Shown: positions 26,080-34,161 of the stretch, piece after piece | Numbering within the stretch: the stretch's first letter is position 1 | Layout: each line of letters begins with the position of its first letter | Assembly (NCBI GenBank): GCA_034422595.1 | Contig: DAOUJO010000013.1 | Location: 89,723 to 153,722, forward strand | Length of the DNA stretch: 64,000 bases | Direction: 5' to 3' | Source: Dehalococcoidia bacterium | GTDB taxonomy: Bacteria > Chloroflexota > Dehalococcoidia > Lucifugimonadales > Australimonadaceae | The notes under the pieces: generated by a model | The model's input: the letters and a program-made list of their open reading frames with translations, nothing else | Told to the model about the DNA's origin: nothing | Database searches by the model: none | Position numbers and translations under genes: made by a program

Positions 26080-26946
26080 TCAGCCGGTCTGTTCACGGTA
26101 CCAGCGGTAGACGTCGGTCGCCGTCATCGGTATCGCGCCGGGGGTGTTCATGATGAGCTCCAGCATCTTGACGAAGTAGGGGAAGCGGTGCGGCTGGCCC
26201 ACGATGAACGGGTGCAGGCCGATGGACATCACGCGCGCGGTCTCCGGCTCGTCGTTCAGGAGCGTCGTGAGGTGGTCGTGGACGCGCTCCAGCATCGACG
26301 GCCCCGGGTGGCCGAGCCGGATGTAGACGCCGATGTCGTTTAGTTCGAGCGAGTAGGGGACGGAGAAGAGCCTGCCGTTGGCGACGTTCAACTCGTAGGG
26401 CTGGTCGTCGTTGACCCAGTCGAGAACGAACTCGACGCCCGCGTCGACGAGCAGCTCCGGCGTGTCGGCGGACTCGCCGAGTCCGGGGCCGAGCCAGCCG
26501 AGAGGACGCCTGCCGCTGAACGCCTCGATGGTGTCGAGCGCGCGCTTGATCTCGGCTGCCTCGTCGTCCACGGCGGGCATCGGGCGCTGGTGGTAGCCGT
26601 GGGCGACGGCGTCCCATCCGGCGTCGAAGGCGGCACGGGCGACCTGCGGGTAGGCGTCGCAGACAGAGCCGTTGAGCGCCATCGTCATTGGGACGTGGCG
26701 GCTGCGCGTGGCGTCGAGTGTCCGCCAGAAGCCTGCGCGGAGGCCGTACTCGAACCACGAGAAGTTGGGCACGTCCGGCAGGCGCTCGCGCCCCGGCGGC
26801 TGCGGGCTGAGGGGGCGTCCGACGTGCTGGTCGAACTCGTTCTGCTCGACGTTCATCACGAGGATGACGGCGACGCGTGCGCCGCGCGGCAGGTGCAGCG
26901 CCGGCCTGTCGGGCAGTGGGACGAAGTCGGCTCTCGGGTTCGCCAT
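26080..26946 (-). CDS. Polysaccharide deacetylase family protein (PuuE-like)
   Basis: MNVE, SWFEYGLRAGFWR, HGYHQ, GWLGPG, DDQPY, IGLHPFIVGQPHR. Confidence 0.85.
   Translation of the reverse strand: MANPRADFVPLPDRPALHLPRGARVAVILVMNVEQNEFDQHVGRPLSPQPPGRERLPDVPNFSWFEYGLRAGFWRTLDATRSRHVPMTMALNGSVCDAYPQVARAAFDAGWDAVAHGYHQRPMPAVDDEAAEIKRALDTIEAFSGRRPLGWLGPGLGESADTPELLVDAGVEFVLDWVNDDQPYELNVANGRLFSVPYSLELNDIGVYIRLGHPGPSMLERVHDHLTTLLNDEPETARVMSIGLHPFIVGQPHRFPYFVKMLELIMNTPGAIPMTATDVYRWYREQTG
26127..26172. repeat. 46-bp direct repeat, copy 2 (inside the deacetylase gene)
   Basis: Matches 25306-25351 with three synonymous differences. Confidence 0.9.
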
Positions 26947-27028
26947 GGGGCTCCTCCGGCGGGGTGACGCCGCTCCCGATACTTTACAGGAGGGGCGCTG
27001 TCGACGGACAATGAGGGGACGCGCAGTG

Positions 27029-27105
27029 GGGCGGTTAGCTCAGTTGGTTAGAGCGCTTGCTTCACACGCAAGAGGTCACAGGTTCAAGTCCTGTATCGCC
27101 CACCA
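27029..27105 (+). tRNA. tRNA-Val (anticodon CAC)
   Basis: Cloverleaf with CTTGC-TTCACAC-GCAAG anticodon arm, GGTTCAAGTCC, encoded CCA. Confidence 0.95.
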
Positions 27106-27117
27106 CTGTGTGGACGT

Positions 27118-27203
27118 GCCGAGGTGGCGGAACGGCAGACGCGCTGTGTTCAGGGCGCAGTGTCCTTACGGGCGTGCGAGTTCAAATCTCGCCCTCGGCA
27201 CCA
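27118..27203 (+). tRNA. tRNA-Leu (anticodon CAG)
   Basis: CTGTG-TTCAGGG-CGCAG anticodon arm, long variable arm, encoded CCA. Confidence 0.95.
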
Positions 27204-27251
27204 CTAAGATTGTGACGCCTCCGGCCCCGCAACCGGCGGCACCTTGAGAGT

Positions 27252-27329
27252 GCGCTAGTAGCTCAGTCAGGATAGAGCGCATCCCTGCGGAGGATGAGGC
27301 CGTGGGTTCGAGTCCCGCCTAGCGCGCCA
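27252..27329 (+). tRNA. tRNA-Arg (anticodon GCG)
   Basis: GCGCTAG/CTAGCGC acceptor stem, CATCC-CTGCGGA-GGATG anticodon arm, GGTTCGAGTCC, encoded CCA. Confidence 0.93.
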
Positions 27330-27381
27330 CTCTTCTCTCCCCGTACACTGGCAGCCGGAACGCTCCGTGCTGTCCAGGACG

Positions 27382-27837
27382 ATGAACGACACCGCCCCTC
27401 TCCACCAGCGCTATCTGCCGTGGATGCTCGCGCTCGCGGCGCTGTTCGTGCTGCGCGTGCTGGCGCAGGCGGTGCAGTGGGCGGGACCCGTGCCGTTCCT
27501 CCCGCCGTTCGACACCTGGCAGGGCTCGGGGCTGCCATACCCCGCGCTGCTGGCCTCGCAGGCGGTCATCATCGCGCTGCTGGCGCGGGCGCTCGTAGTG
27601 GTGCGGTCGCAGTCGATCGCACCGGCGACGTGGAAGCACCGCGCGTGCTTCGTCCTCGGCGGGGCGTACTTCGCGGCGATGGCGTTCCGGCTCGTTGCGG
27701 GGCTCACGTTCCTCTCAGATACCGGTTGGTTCGCGGAGAGCCTCCCCGCGCTCTTCCACCTCGTGCTCGCGACGTTCGTCCTGCTGTTCGGGCACTACGT
27801 CTACAGCGCGGGCAGGGACGCCGGGGGCGCGGCGTGA
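27382..27837 (+). CDS. Hypothetical integral membrane protein (about 4 TM)
   Basis: Four hydrophobic segments; GTGA overlap with the next gene. Confidence 0.7.
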   Translation: MNDTAPLHQRYLPWMLALAALFVLRVLAQAVQWAGPVPFLPPFDTWQGSGLPYPALLASQAVIIALLARALVVVRSQSIAPATWKHRACFVLGGAYFAAMAFRLVAGLTFLSDTGWFAESLPALFHLVLATFVLLFGHYVYSAGRDAGGAA

Positions 27838-28727
27838 CCAACGCGATCGCGGACACGACGCTCGCCCGTCTCGCCGTCGTGGGCTCGTACCCGGGAGTGC
27901 TGGCGATCGGGTTCGCGGTCTACGCGGCGCTCGTGGGGATCGGCTGGCAGGTCACGGCTGCGTCGTGGGTCGCGGTCATCACCGGCGCGGCGCTCGTGAC
28001 GCTGCACGAGGCGCGGCTGCCGTACCGCAGAGAGTGGCATCCGACCGGGAGCGACGTCCGCGCGGACGCGATGTTCCTCGCGGCAGTGCAGGCCGTGCTG
28101 CCGCTGCTGTTCTCGGTGACGCTCGTGGTCGCGCTGGCGGACCTGTTCGATGCCCGCGGGCTGGCCGTCGAGGGGCTGTGGCCGCACGGCCTCCCCATCG
28201 CGGCACAGGTCGTGCTGATGATCGCGGCGGCGGACTTCCCGCGGTACTGGCTGCACCGGGCGTTCCACCGGTTCAGGCCCATGTGGCGACTGCACGCGGT
28301 GCATCACTCGCCGCACCGGCTCTACTGGCTGAACGTGGGGCGCTTCCACCCGATCGAGAAGGCGGTCCAGTACACGGTCGACACGCTGCCGTTCGCGCTG
28401 GCCGGCGTGCCACCGGAAGTGCTCGCGGCATACTTCGTCTTCTACGCGCTCAACGGCTTCTTCCAGCACTCCAACTGCCGCGTGCGTCTGGGGCCGCTCA
28501 ACTACCTGGTCAGCGGGCCGGAGCTGCACCGCTGGCACCACTCGGAGGTTACGGTGGAATCGGACAACAACTTCGGCAACAACCTCATCGTCTGGGACGT
28601 GCTCTTCGGCACGCGGTTCCTGCCTGCAGACCGCGAGGTAGGCATCCTGGGGCTGCACAACCGCGAGTACCCGCTGGGGTTCATCGCACAGATGCGGACG
28701 CCCTTCATCGCGGGGCTCGAACGATGA
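27834..28727 (+). CDS. Fatty-acid hydroxylase / sterol desaturase superfamily di-iron enzyme
   Basis: His boxes YWLHRAFH, LHAVHHS, LHRWHHS, plus NNFGNNLIVWDVLFGT; GTG start overlapping the upstream stop. Confidence 0.88.
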   Translation: MTNAIADTTLARLAVVGSYPGVLAIGFAVYAALVGIGWQVTAASWVAVITGAALVTLHEARLPYRREWHPTGSDVRADAMFLAAVQAVLPLLFSVTLVVALADLFDARGLAVEGLWPHGLPIAAQVVLMIAAADFPRYWLHRAFHRFRPMWRLHAVHHSPHRLYWLNVGRFHPIEKAVQYTVDTLPFALAGVPPEVLAAYFVFYALNGFFQHSNCRVRLGPLNYLVSGPELHRWHHSEVTVESDNNFGNNLIVWDVLFGTRFLPADREVGILGLHNREYPLGFIAQMRTPFIAGLER

Positions 28728-30361
28728 GCGGGCTGACCTACAAGCTGTTCAAGACGGCGCTGGGCGCGACGCAGGCGCGGCGCTACAAGCGGATGATGCG
28801 TGCAGCGGAGTCGCCCCGCGCTACCCAGGAGGCGGTGTTGCGCCACATCCTGTCTGCGAACGCGGATACGGAGTTCGGCAGGGAGCGCGGGCTGGGGAGC
28901 GTTGCGAGCGTGAGCGACTACCGGCAGGCGGTGCCGGTGCTCACGTACGAGGAGCTGCGCGAGGCGATCGAGCGGCAGGAGCTGACCGGCGAGCGTTGCC
29001 TGACGCAGGAGCAGCCGGTCTACTACCACCGCACGAGCGGGACGGTCGGCGCGCCGAAGAACATCCCGGTGACGGCGTCCGGCCTCGCGCAGATGAAGCG
29101 CGACCAGCGCCTCTCCGCCTACGTGTGGGCGCGGGACGCGGGCGTGCTGGAGGGCAAGGTGTTCGCCATCAGCGGCGCGGCGGTCGAAGGGCACATGGAC
29201 GGCGGCACGCCGTTCGGCTCAGCGTCCGGCCTGCTGTACCGTCACCAGTCGCGCTTCGTGCAGTCGCGGTACGTGCTGCCCGCCGAAGTGTCGGACATCG
29301 AGGACTACGACGCCCGCTACCTCGCGATGGCGGTATACGGCCTCGCCGAACCCGGCGTGACCGGCGCGGCGACGGCGAACCCATCGACGTTCCTCCGGCT
29401 GCTGTCGGTGGTGCACGACAACGCCGACGCCGTGCTCGGCTCCATCGCCTCGGGGCATCTGCCGGGCGAAGCGTCCGGCCTGCCGCTGCCGCCCCGGCCG
29501 GAGCGCGCGCGGGAGCTGGAGCGGCGCCTCAGCGCGGCAGGACGGCTGACGTACGCCGACATCTGGCCGGGCCTGCGCGGCATCGTCACGTGGACGGGCG
29601 GGAGCTGCGGCATCGCGCTCGGCAACCTGTCGCCGCTGTTGCCGGACGGCGTGCAGATCATCGAGTGGGGGTACTCGTCGAGCGAGTTCCGGGGGACGCT
29701 GAACATCAACGTGCGGCGGAACGCCTGCCTGCCAACGTTCCTCAACACCTTCTTCGAGTTCGCGGAGCGCGACGCGTGGGAGGCGGACACGGGCGAGTTC
29801 CTCTGCCTGGACGAGCTGGAAGACGGGCGCGAGTACTACGTGTTCGTCACGACCGGCGACGGCCTCTACCGGTACGACATCAACGACATCGTGCGGGTGA
29901 ACGGCCGGGTAGGGAACACGCCCACGCTGGGCTTCGTGCAGAAGGGCAAGGGCGTCACGAACATCACGGGCGAGAAGGTGACGGAGGCGCAGGTGCTGGA
30001 CGCGGTCACGTCGGCGTTCGCCCCCACCGGAGCGCCGCCGGAGTTCTTCATCATGCTCGCGGACGAGGCGGCGTCCGGCTACACGCTCTACGTGGAGACT
30101 CCGGCGTCCGCGTTCGCCGGTGGCGGGGCAGCCGACGAGATCGACCGGCTGCTCAGCGTGTCGAACATCGAGTACGAGGCCAAGCGCAAGAGCGGACGGC
30201 TCGCTCCACTGCGCGTGCGGCTGCTGCCGGACGGCGCGGGCGGACAGTACCGCGAGAGTTGCGTGGCGTCTGGGCAGCGGGACGCGCAGTTCAAGTACCT
30301 GCACCTGCAGTATGCGCGCGACTCCGCTTTCGATTTCGATGCCATCGCCGTTGCGGAGTGA
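28724..30361 (+). CDS. GH3-family acyl-adenylate/amido ligase
   Basis: NADTEFGR, RTSGTVGAPKNIP, GYSSSE, GLYRYDINDIV, GEKVTE, EYEAKRKSGRL; ATGA coupling. Confidence 0.88.
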   Translation: MSGLTYKLFKTALGATQARRYKRMMRAAESPRATQEAVLRHILSANADTEFGRERGLGSVASVSDYRQAVPVLTYEELREAIERQELTGERCLTQEQPVYYHRTSGTVGAPKNIPVTASGLAQMKRDQRLSAYVWARDAGVLEGKVFAISGAAVEGHMDGGTPFGSASGLLYRHQSRFVQSRYVLPAEVSDIEDYDARYLAMAVYGLAEPGVTGAATANPSTFLRLLSVVHDNADAVLGSIASGHLPGEASGLPLPPRPERARELERRLSAAGRLTYADIWPGLRGIVTWTGGSCGIALGNLSPLLPDGVQIIEWGYSSSEFRGTLNINVRRNACLPTFLNTFFEFAERDAWEADTGEFLCLDELEDGREYYVFVTTGDGLYRYDINDIVRVNGRVGNTPTLGFVQKGKGVTNITGEKVTEAQVLDAVTSAFAPTGAPPEFFIMLADEAASGYTLYVETPASAFAGGGAADEIDRLLSVSNIEYEAKRKSGRLAPLRVRLLPDGAGGQYRESCVASGQRDAQFKYLHLQYARDSAFDFDAIAVAE

Positions 30362-31466
30362 GCCGTTGCGCATCGAGCGTCTGGACGTCTACAGCTTCCC
30401 GGTGCCGTTCAAGGCCGTTTTCCGCCACGCGTCGGCGAGCCGCTCCCGCGCCGAGAACCTCATCGTCGCTGCGCGCTCCTCCGATGGCATCATCGGCTAC
30501 GGCGAGGGCTGCCCTCGCGACTACGTGACGGGCGAGACGGTGGAAGGCGGGGCCGCGTTCATCCGTCGCCACGCGCAGGCCATCGCGGACGAGGTGACCG
30601 ACGGCGTGAGCCTGCGGGCGTGGGCGGACGCGCACCGGAGCGAGATCGACGAGCATCCGGCGGCGTTCTGCGCCATCGAGCTCGCAATGCTGGACCTGCT
30701 TGGCAAGGCGGCGGGCGCGCCGGTCGAGGACGTCGTGGGCGTGCCGCGCCTCGACGGCGGCTTCACGTACTCCGCCGTGCTCGGCGATTCGCCGTATCTC
30801 GTGTACCGCCTGCAGCTCTTCCGCTACCGCAGGAAGGGCTTCACCGACTTCAAGGTGAAGGTCTCCGGCGACCCCGGACGCGACCGGCGCAAGCTGCGCG
30901 CGCTGGGGAAGAAGCGACTGCGGGTGCGGCTCGACGCGAACAACCTCTGGGCTGATGCGGACGATTGCATCGCGCACCTCAACGCGCTGGGCGGCAGCGT
31001 GTACGCGGTCGAGGAGCCGCTGACGGCGGGCGACCTCGCGGGTTTCGAGCGCGTGAGCGAGGAGTGCGGCGTCCGCATCATCCTGGACGAGAGCCTGCTG
31101 CGCGCCTCGCAGCTGGACGGGTTGGGAAGCCCGGAGCGGTGGATCGTGAACGTGCGCGTCTCCAAGATGGGCGGCATCGGCAGGTCGCTGGAGGTCGTAG
31201 AGCGCGCCGCGAGCCTGGGGATGGGCGTCATCGTCGGGGCGCAGGTCGGCGAGACGAGCATCCTCACGCGGGCGGGGCTGACGGTGATGCAGGCGGCGCG
31301 TCCGGTGCTCGCGGCGTCGGAGGGCGCGTTCGGGACGCACCTGCTGCGCGAGGACCTGACCGTGGAGAGCCTCATGTTCGGCGACGGCGGCGTGCTGACG
31401 ATACGGGACCCCGCCGCGCTGGGTCTGGGACTCGCCGTGCGGGAGGGGATGCTGGTCCCGGCGTAG
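30339..31466 (+). CDS. Enolase-superfamily MLE-subgroup enzyme (dipeptide epimerase / N-acylamino acid racemase-like); start approximate
   Basis: GYGEGCPR, FKVK, metal ligands in RLDAN / VEEP / ILDES, VSKMGG, GAQVGETS. Confidence 0.82.
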   Translation: MPSPLRSEPLRIERLDVYSFPVPFKAVFRHASASRSRAENLIVAARSSDGIIGYGEGCPRDYVTGETVEGGAAFIRRHAQAIADEVTDGVSLRAWADAHRSEIDEHPAAFCAIELAMLDLLGKAAGAPVEDVVGVPRLDGGFTYSAVLGDSPYLVYRLQLFRYRRKGFTDFKVKVSGDPGRDRRKLRALGKKRLRVRLDANNLWADADDCIAHLNALGGSVYAVEEPLTAGDLAGFERVSEECGVRIILDESLLRASQLDGLGSPERWIVNVRVSKMGGIGRSLEVVERAASLGMGVIVGAQVGETSILTRAGLTVMQAARPVLAASEGAFGTHLLREDLTVESLMFGDGGVLTIRDPAALGLGLAVREGMLVPA

Positions 31467-31534
31467 CGCCCGCCGCGCCGGTTTCGTGCTATCGTAGCCG
31501 TGCCGTCGGCCAGCGGCGGCAGGAGGCATGGGTC

Positions 31535-32830
31535 ATGCTCAGCGCAGAGGACAACGCTCTGCTCACCGCAACGTCGCGCGGGACGGCGATGGGCGATCTG
31601 CTGCGCCGGTTCTGGGTGCCGTTCCTCCTCTCCGACGAACTGCCGAAGCCTGACTGCCCGCCGGTGCGCACGCGCCTGATGAACGAGGCGCTCGTCGCGT
31701 TCCGCGACACGTCGGGACGCGTGGGGCTGCTGGCGGAGCGCTGCCCGCACCGTCGCGCGAGCCTCTTCTTCGGACGGAACGAGGAGGACGGCCTGCGCTG
31801 CATCTACCACGGCTGGAAGTTCGACGTGGACGGCCAGTGCGTGGACATGCCCTCCGAGCCTGCGACGAGCAACTACAGAGACAAGGTGCGCCAGACCGCC
31901 TACCCCACGGTCGAGGCAGGAGGCGTCGTCTGGGCGTACCTCGGCCCGGCGGAGCAGACGCCCGCGATGCCGGACTTCTCGTGGCTGCACCTGCCGCTGT
32001 CGCACGTCCACGTCACGAAGCGGCTGGAGCGCACGAACTGGGTGCAGGGACTCGAGGGCGGCATCGACTCGGCGCACTCCAACTTCCTGCACGCGACGGT
32101 GGACGGGTTCCGCCGGACGCCCGCGTGGCTGGAGCGCGCCCAGGCCGCGACCGACCTCCGCGCCCGCTACCACGCGCTCGACCGCTCGCCCGTCTTCCTG
32201 CCGGAGGACACCGACTACGGGCTGCGCGTCGGGGCGCAGCGGGACATCGGCGAGGGCACGCACTACTGGCGCTTCACCCACTGGATGATGCCGTTCTACA
32301 ACCTCTTCAAGCAGGGCTCGAAGAAGCCGGGCGCCAACAGCCAGGGCATCGCGTGGACGCCGATAGACGACCACAGCTGCTGGACGATCGTGGTGACGTG
32401 GAACGACGAGCGCCCGCTGAGCGGCGAGGACATCGAGGCGGCGGAGGAGTTCGCGGGCCCCGCTCTGCCCGGCTCGTTCCTGCCCGTACGCAACATGGAG
32501 AACGACTACATGATGGACCGGGAGTTGCAGGCGAACGGGACGTTCTCCGGCATCCCCGGCACGCAGGCGCAGGACATGGCGGTGCAGGAGAGCATGGGCT
32601 CCATCGTGGCGCGGTTCGAGGAGCACCTCGGTACGAGCGACGCCGCGATCATAGCGATGCGGCGCAGGCTGCTCCGGCAGGCGCGCGCCCTCGCGGACGG
32701 CGCGGACGCTCCGCTGGCGTCGCGCGACGGCTCCGTGTACCGCGTACGGTTCGGGGAGACGCTCGTCGAGGAAGGCGAGGAGCTCGACGCGGCAGCGCGC
32801 GAGCGCCTGTGCGCTCCTGCGGCATCGTAG
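31535..32830 (+). CDS. Rieske non-heme iron oxygenase alpha subunit (LigX/phthalate dioxygenase-like), copy 2
   Basis: CPH-x16-CIYH; EGGIDSAHSNFLH; QDMAVQESMGSI...EHLGTSD. Confidence 0.9.
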   Translation: MLSAEDNALLTATSRGTAMGDLLRRFWVPFLLSDELPKPDCPPVRTRLMNEALVAFRDTSGRVGLLAERCPHRRASLFFGRNEEDGLRCIYHGWKFDVDGQCVDMPSEPATSNYRDKVRQTAYPTVEAGGVVWAYLGPAEQTPAMPDFSWLHLPLSHVHVTKRLERTNWVQGLEGGIDSAHSNFLHATVDGFRRTPAWLERAQAATDLRARYHALDRSPVFLPEDTDYGLRVGAQRDIGEGTHYWRFTHWMMPFYNLFKQGSKKPGANSQGIAWTPIDDHSCWTIVVTWNDERPLSGEDIEAAEEFAGPALPGSFLPVRNMENDYMMDRELQANGTFSGIPGTQAQDMAVQESMGSIVARFEEHLGTSDAAIIAMRRRLLRQARALADGADAPLASRDGSVYRVRFGETLVEEGEELDAAARERLCAPAAS

Positions 32831-32866
32831 GCTGGTTGGGTACGTACATCACCGAGGAGGGACGAC

Positions 32867-33634
32867 ATGGCGCGGCTGACCATCGCTGACCTGCAACAGA
32901 TGAAGAACGACGGGAAGAAGATCGCGGCGGGCGTCTGCTACGACGTGCAGATGACGCGCATCCTGGAGCGCGCGGGCGTCGACCTGCTCTCGGTGGGCGA
33001 CAGCGTCAGCAGGACATTCCTAGGTATGGAGAGCGACGACGAGTTCTCGCTCGAGGCGATGCTGCTGTTCGGCAAAGCGGTGAGCCGCGTCGCGGAGCGG
33101 GCCGTCATCAACGTGGACATGCCGACGGTCGTCTGCAACGCAGGGCCGAAGGCGGTGGAAGAGGCGACACGCCGCATCAAGGAGGAGACGGGCGCGGACA
33201 TGACGAAGGTCGACATCCGCACCCAGGAGGAGGAGCTGTTCGACGACGTGCTCGCGGTCATCGGAGCAGGGCTTCCGGTCTACCCGCAGATTGGCTTCCA
33301 GGTGTTCGAGCCGCGTCACGGCGGCCCGGAGGCGCACGAGCACATCATGAAGTGGGCGAACGCGGTGCAGGACGCCGGTGCGGTGATGATCGACCTCACG
33401 AACGTGACGCTCGACATCTACGCCGACGTGGCGAAGGCGATGCGCATCCCGGTCATCGGCGGACAGACGGGGCCGGAGTCGGACGGGCGCATCTATGTGA
33501 GCTACTCGCTGACGGGCTACCGCGCCGACACGATCGACCGCACAGAGGAGCCGCCGACCGCGGCGCGCTACATCTACGACATCGTGGAGAAGGCGATAGC
33601 GAGCGTCCACGACGCCACGTGGGTCGCGCCCTAG
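32867..33634 (+). CDS. PanB-like (ketopantoate hydroxymethyltransferase fold) protein with divergent active site
   Basis: CYD, VGDS, VDMP, TKVD, PVIG, DGRIYV align to PanB, but the H136 and E181 equivalents are changed. Confidence 0.75.
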   Translation: MARLTIADLQQMKNDGKKIAAGVCYDVQMTRILERAGVDLLSVGDSVSRTFLGMESDDEFSLEAMLLFGKAVSRVAERAVINVDMPTVVCNAGPKAVEEATRRIKEETGADMTKVDIRTQEEELFDDVLAVIGAGLPVYPQIGFQVFEPRHGGPEAHEHIMKWANAVQDAGAVMIDLTNVTLDIYADVAKAMRIPVIGGQTGPESDGRIYVSYSLTGYRADTIDRTEEPPTAARYIYDIVEKAIASVHDATWVAP

Positions 33635-33639
33635 CCCGC

Positions 33640-34137
33640 GTGTCCCTCGTCAGGCACTTCACCTCCACCGGGTTCGTCGTTCAGGACGGCGCGACGCTGC
33701 TGCACCGGCACCCCAAGCTGGACATGTGGCTCCCTCCGGGCGGCCACGTCGAGGAGAACGAGGACCCGGTTCAGGCCGTGCTGCGCGAGGTCGAGGAGGA
33801 GACCGGCATCGTGGCCGAGGTGGTCCCGACCGGAGGAGTCGACGGCGCTCCGGCCATCCCCGTTCAGATATCGCCTCCCATCACCATCCTTATCGCGGAC
33901 ATCGACGACCCGGTGGACGGCTTCCACCAGCATATCGACTTCATCTACGTCTGCCGCCCCGCCACCCCCGTGACCGGTGTGCCGGACGGCTGGCTCTGGG
34001 TTACTGAGCAGGAGCTCGCTTCGGGTGCACCCTTGAGCAGCCCCGGCGTGGTCCCCGAACCTCCACCGGACAACGTGCGTGCTCAGGGAGCGCAAGCGTT
34101 CCGCGTGGTCCGGGACTACGAACGCGCCCGGGCGTAG
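33640..34137 (+). CDS. NUDIX hydrolase
   Basis: WLPPGGHVEENEDPVQAVLREVEEETG Nudix box; HQHIDFIY. Confidence 0.9.
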   Translation: MSLVRHFTSTGFVVQDGATLLHRHPKLDMWLPPGGHVEENEDPVQAVLREVEEETGIVAEVVPTGGVDGAPAIPVQISPPITILIADIDDPVDGFHQHIDFIYVCRPATPVTGVPDGWLWVTEQELASGAPLSSPGVVPEPPPDNVRAQGAQAFRVVRDYERARA

Positions 34138-34161
34138 CAGGCTGACGAGGGCGCGTTTCGC

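Noticed and set aside
31452-31470. attR-like copy of the tRNA-Arg 3' end closing an island around the GH3 cluster
   Set aside because: GTCCCGGCGTAGCGC resembles GTCCCGCCTAGCGC only with an indel, in GC-rich sequence, and no integrase is present.
32867-33634. Calling this gene panB as part of CoA synthesis with coaBC/coaX
   Set aside because: Key catalytic residues differ and it sits with aromatic-catabolism genes, so no symbol is assigned.
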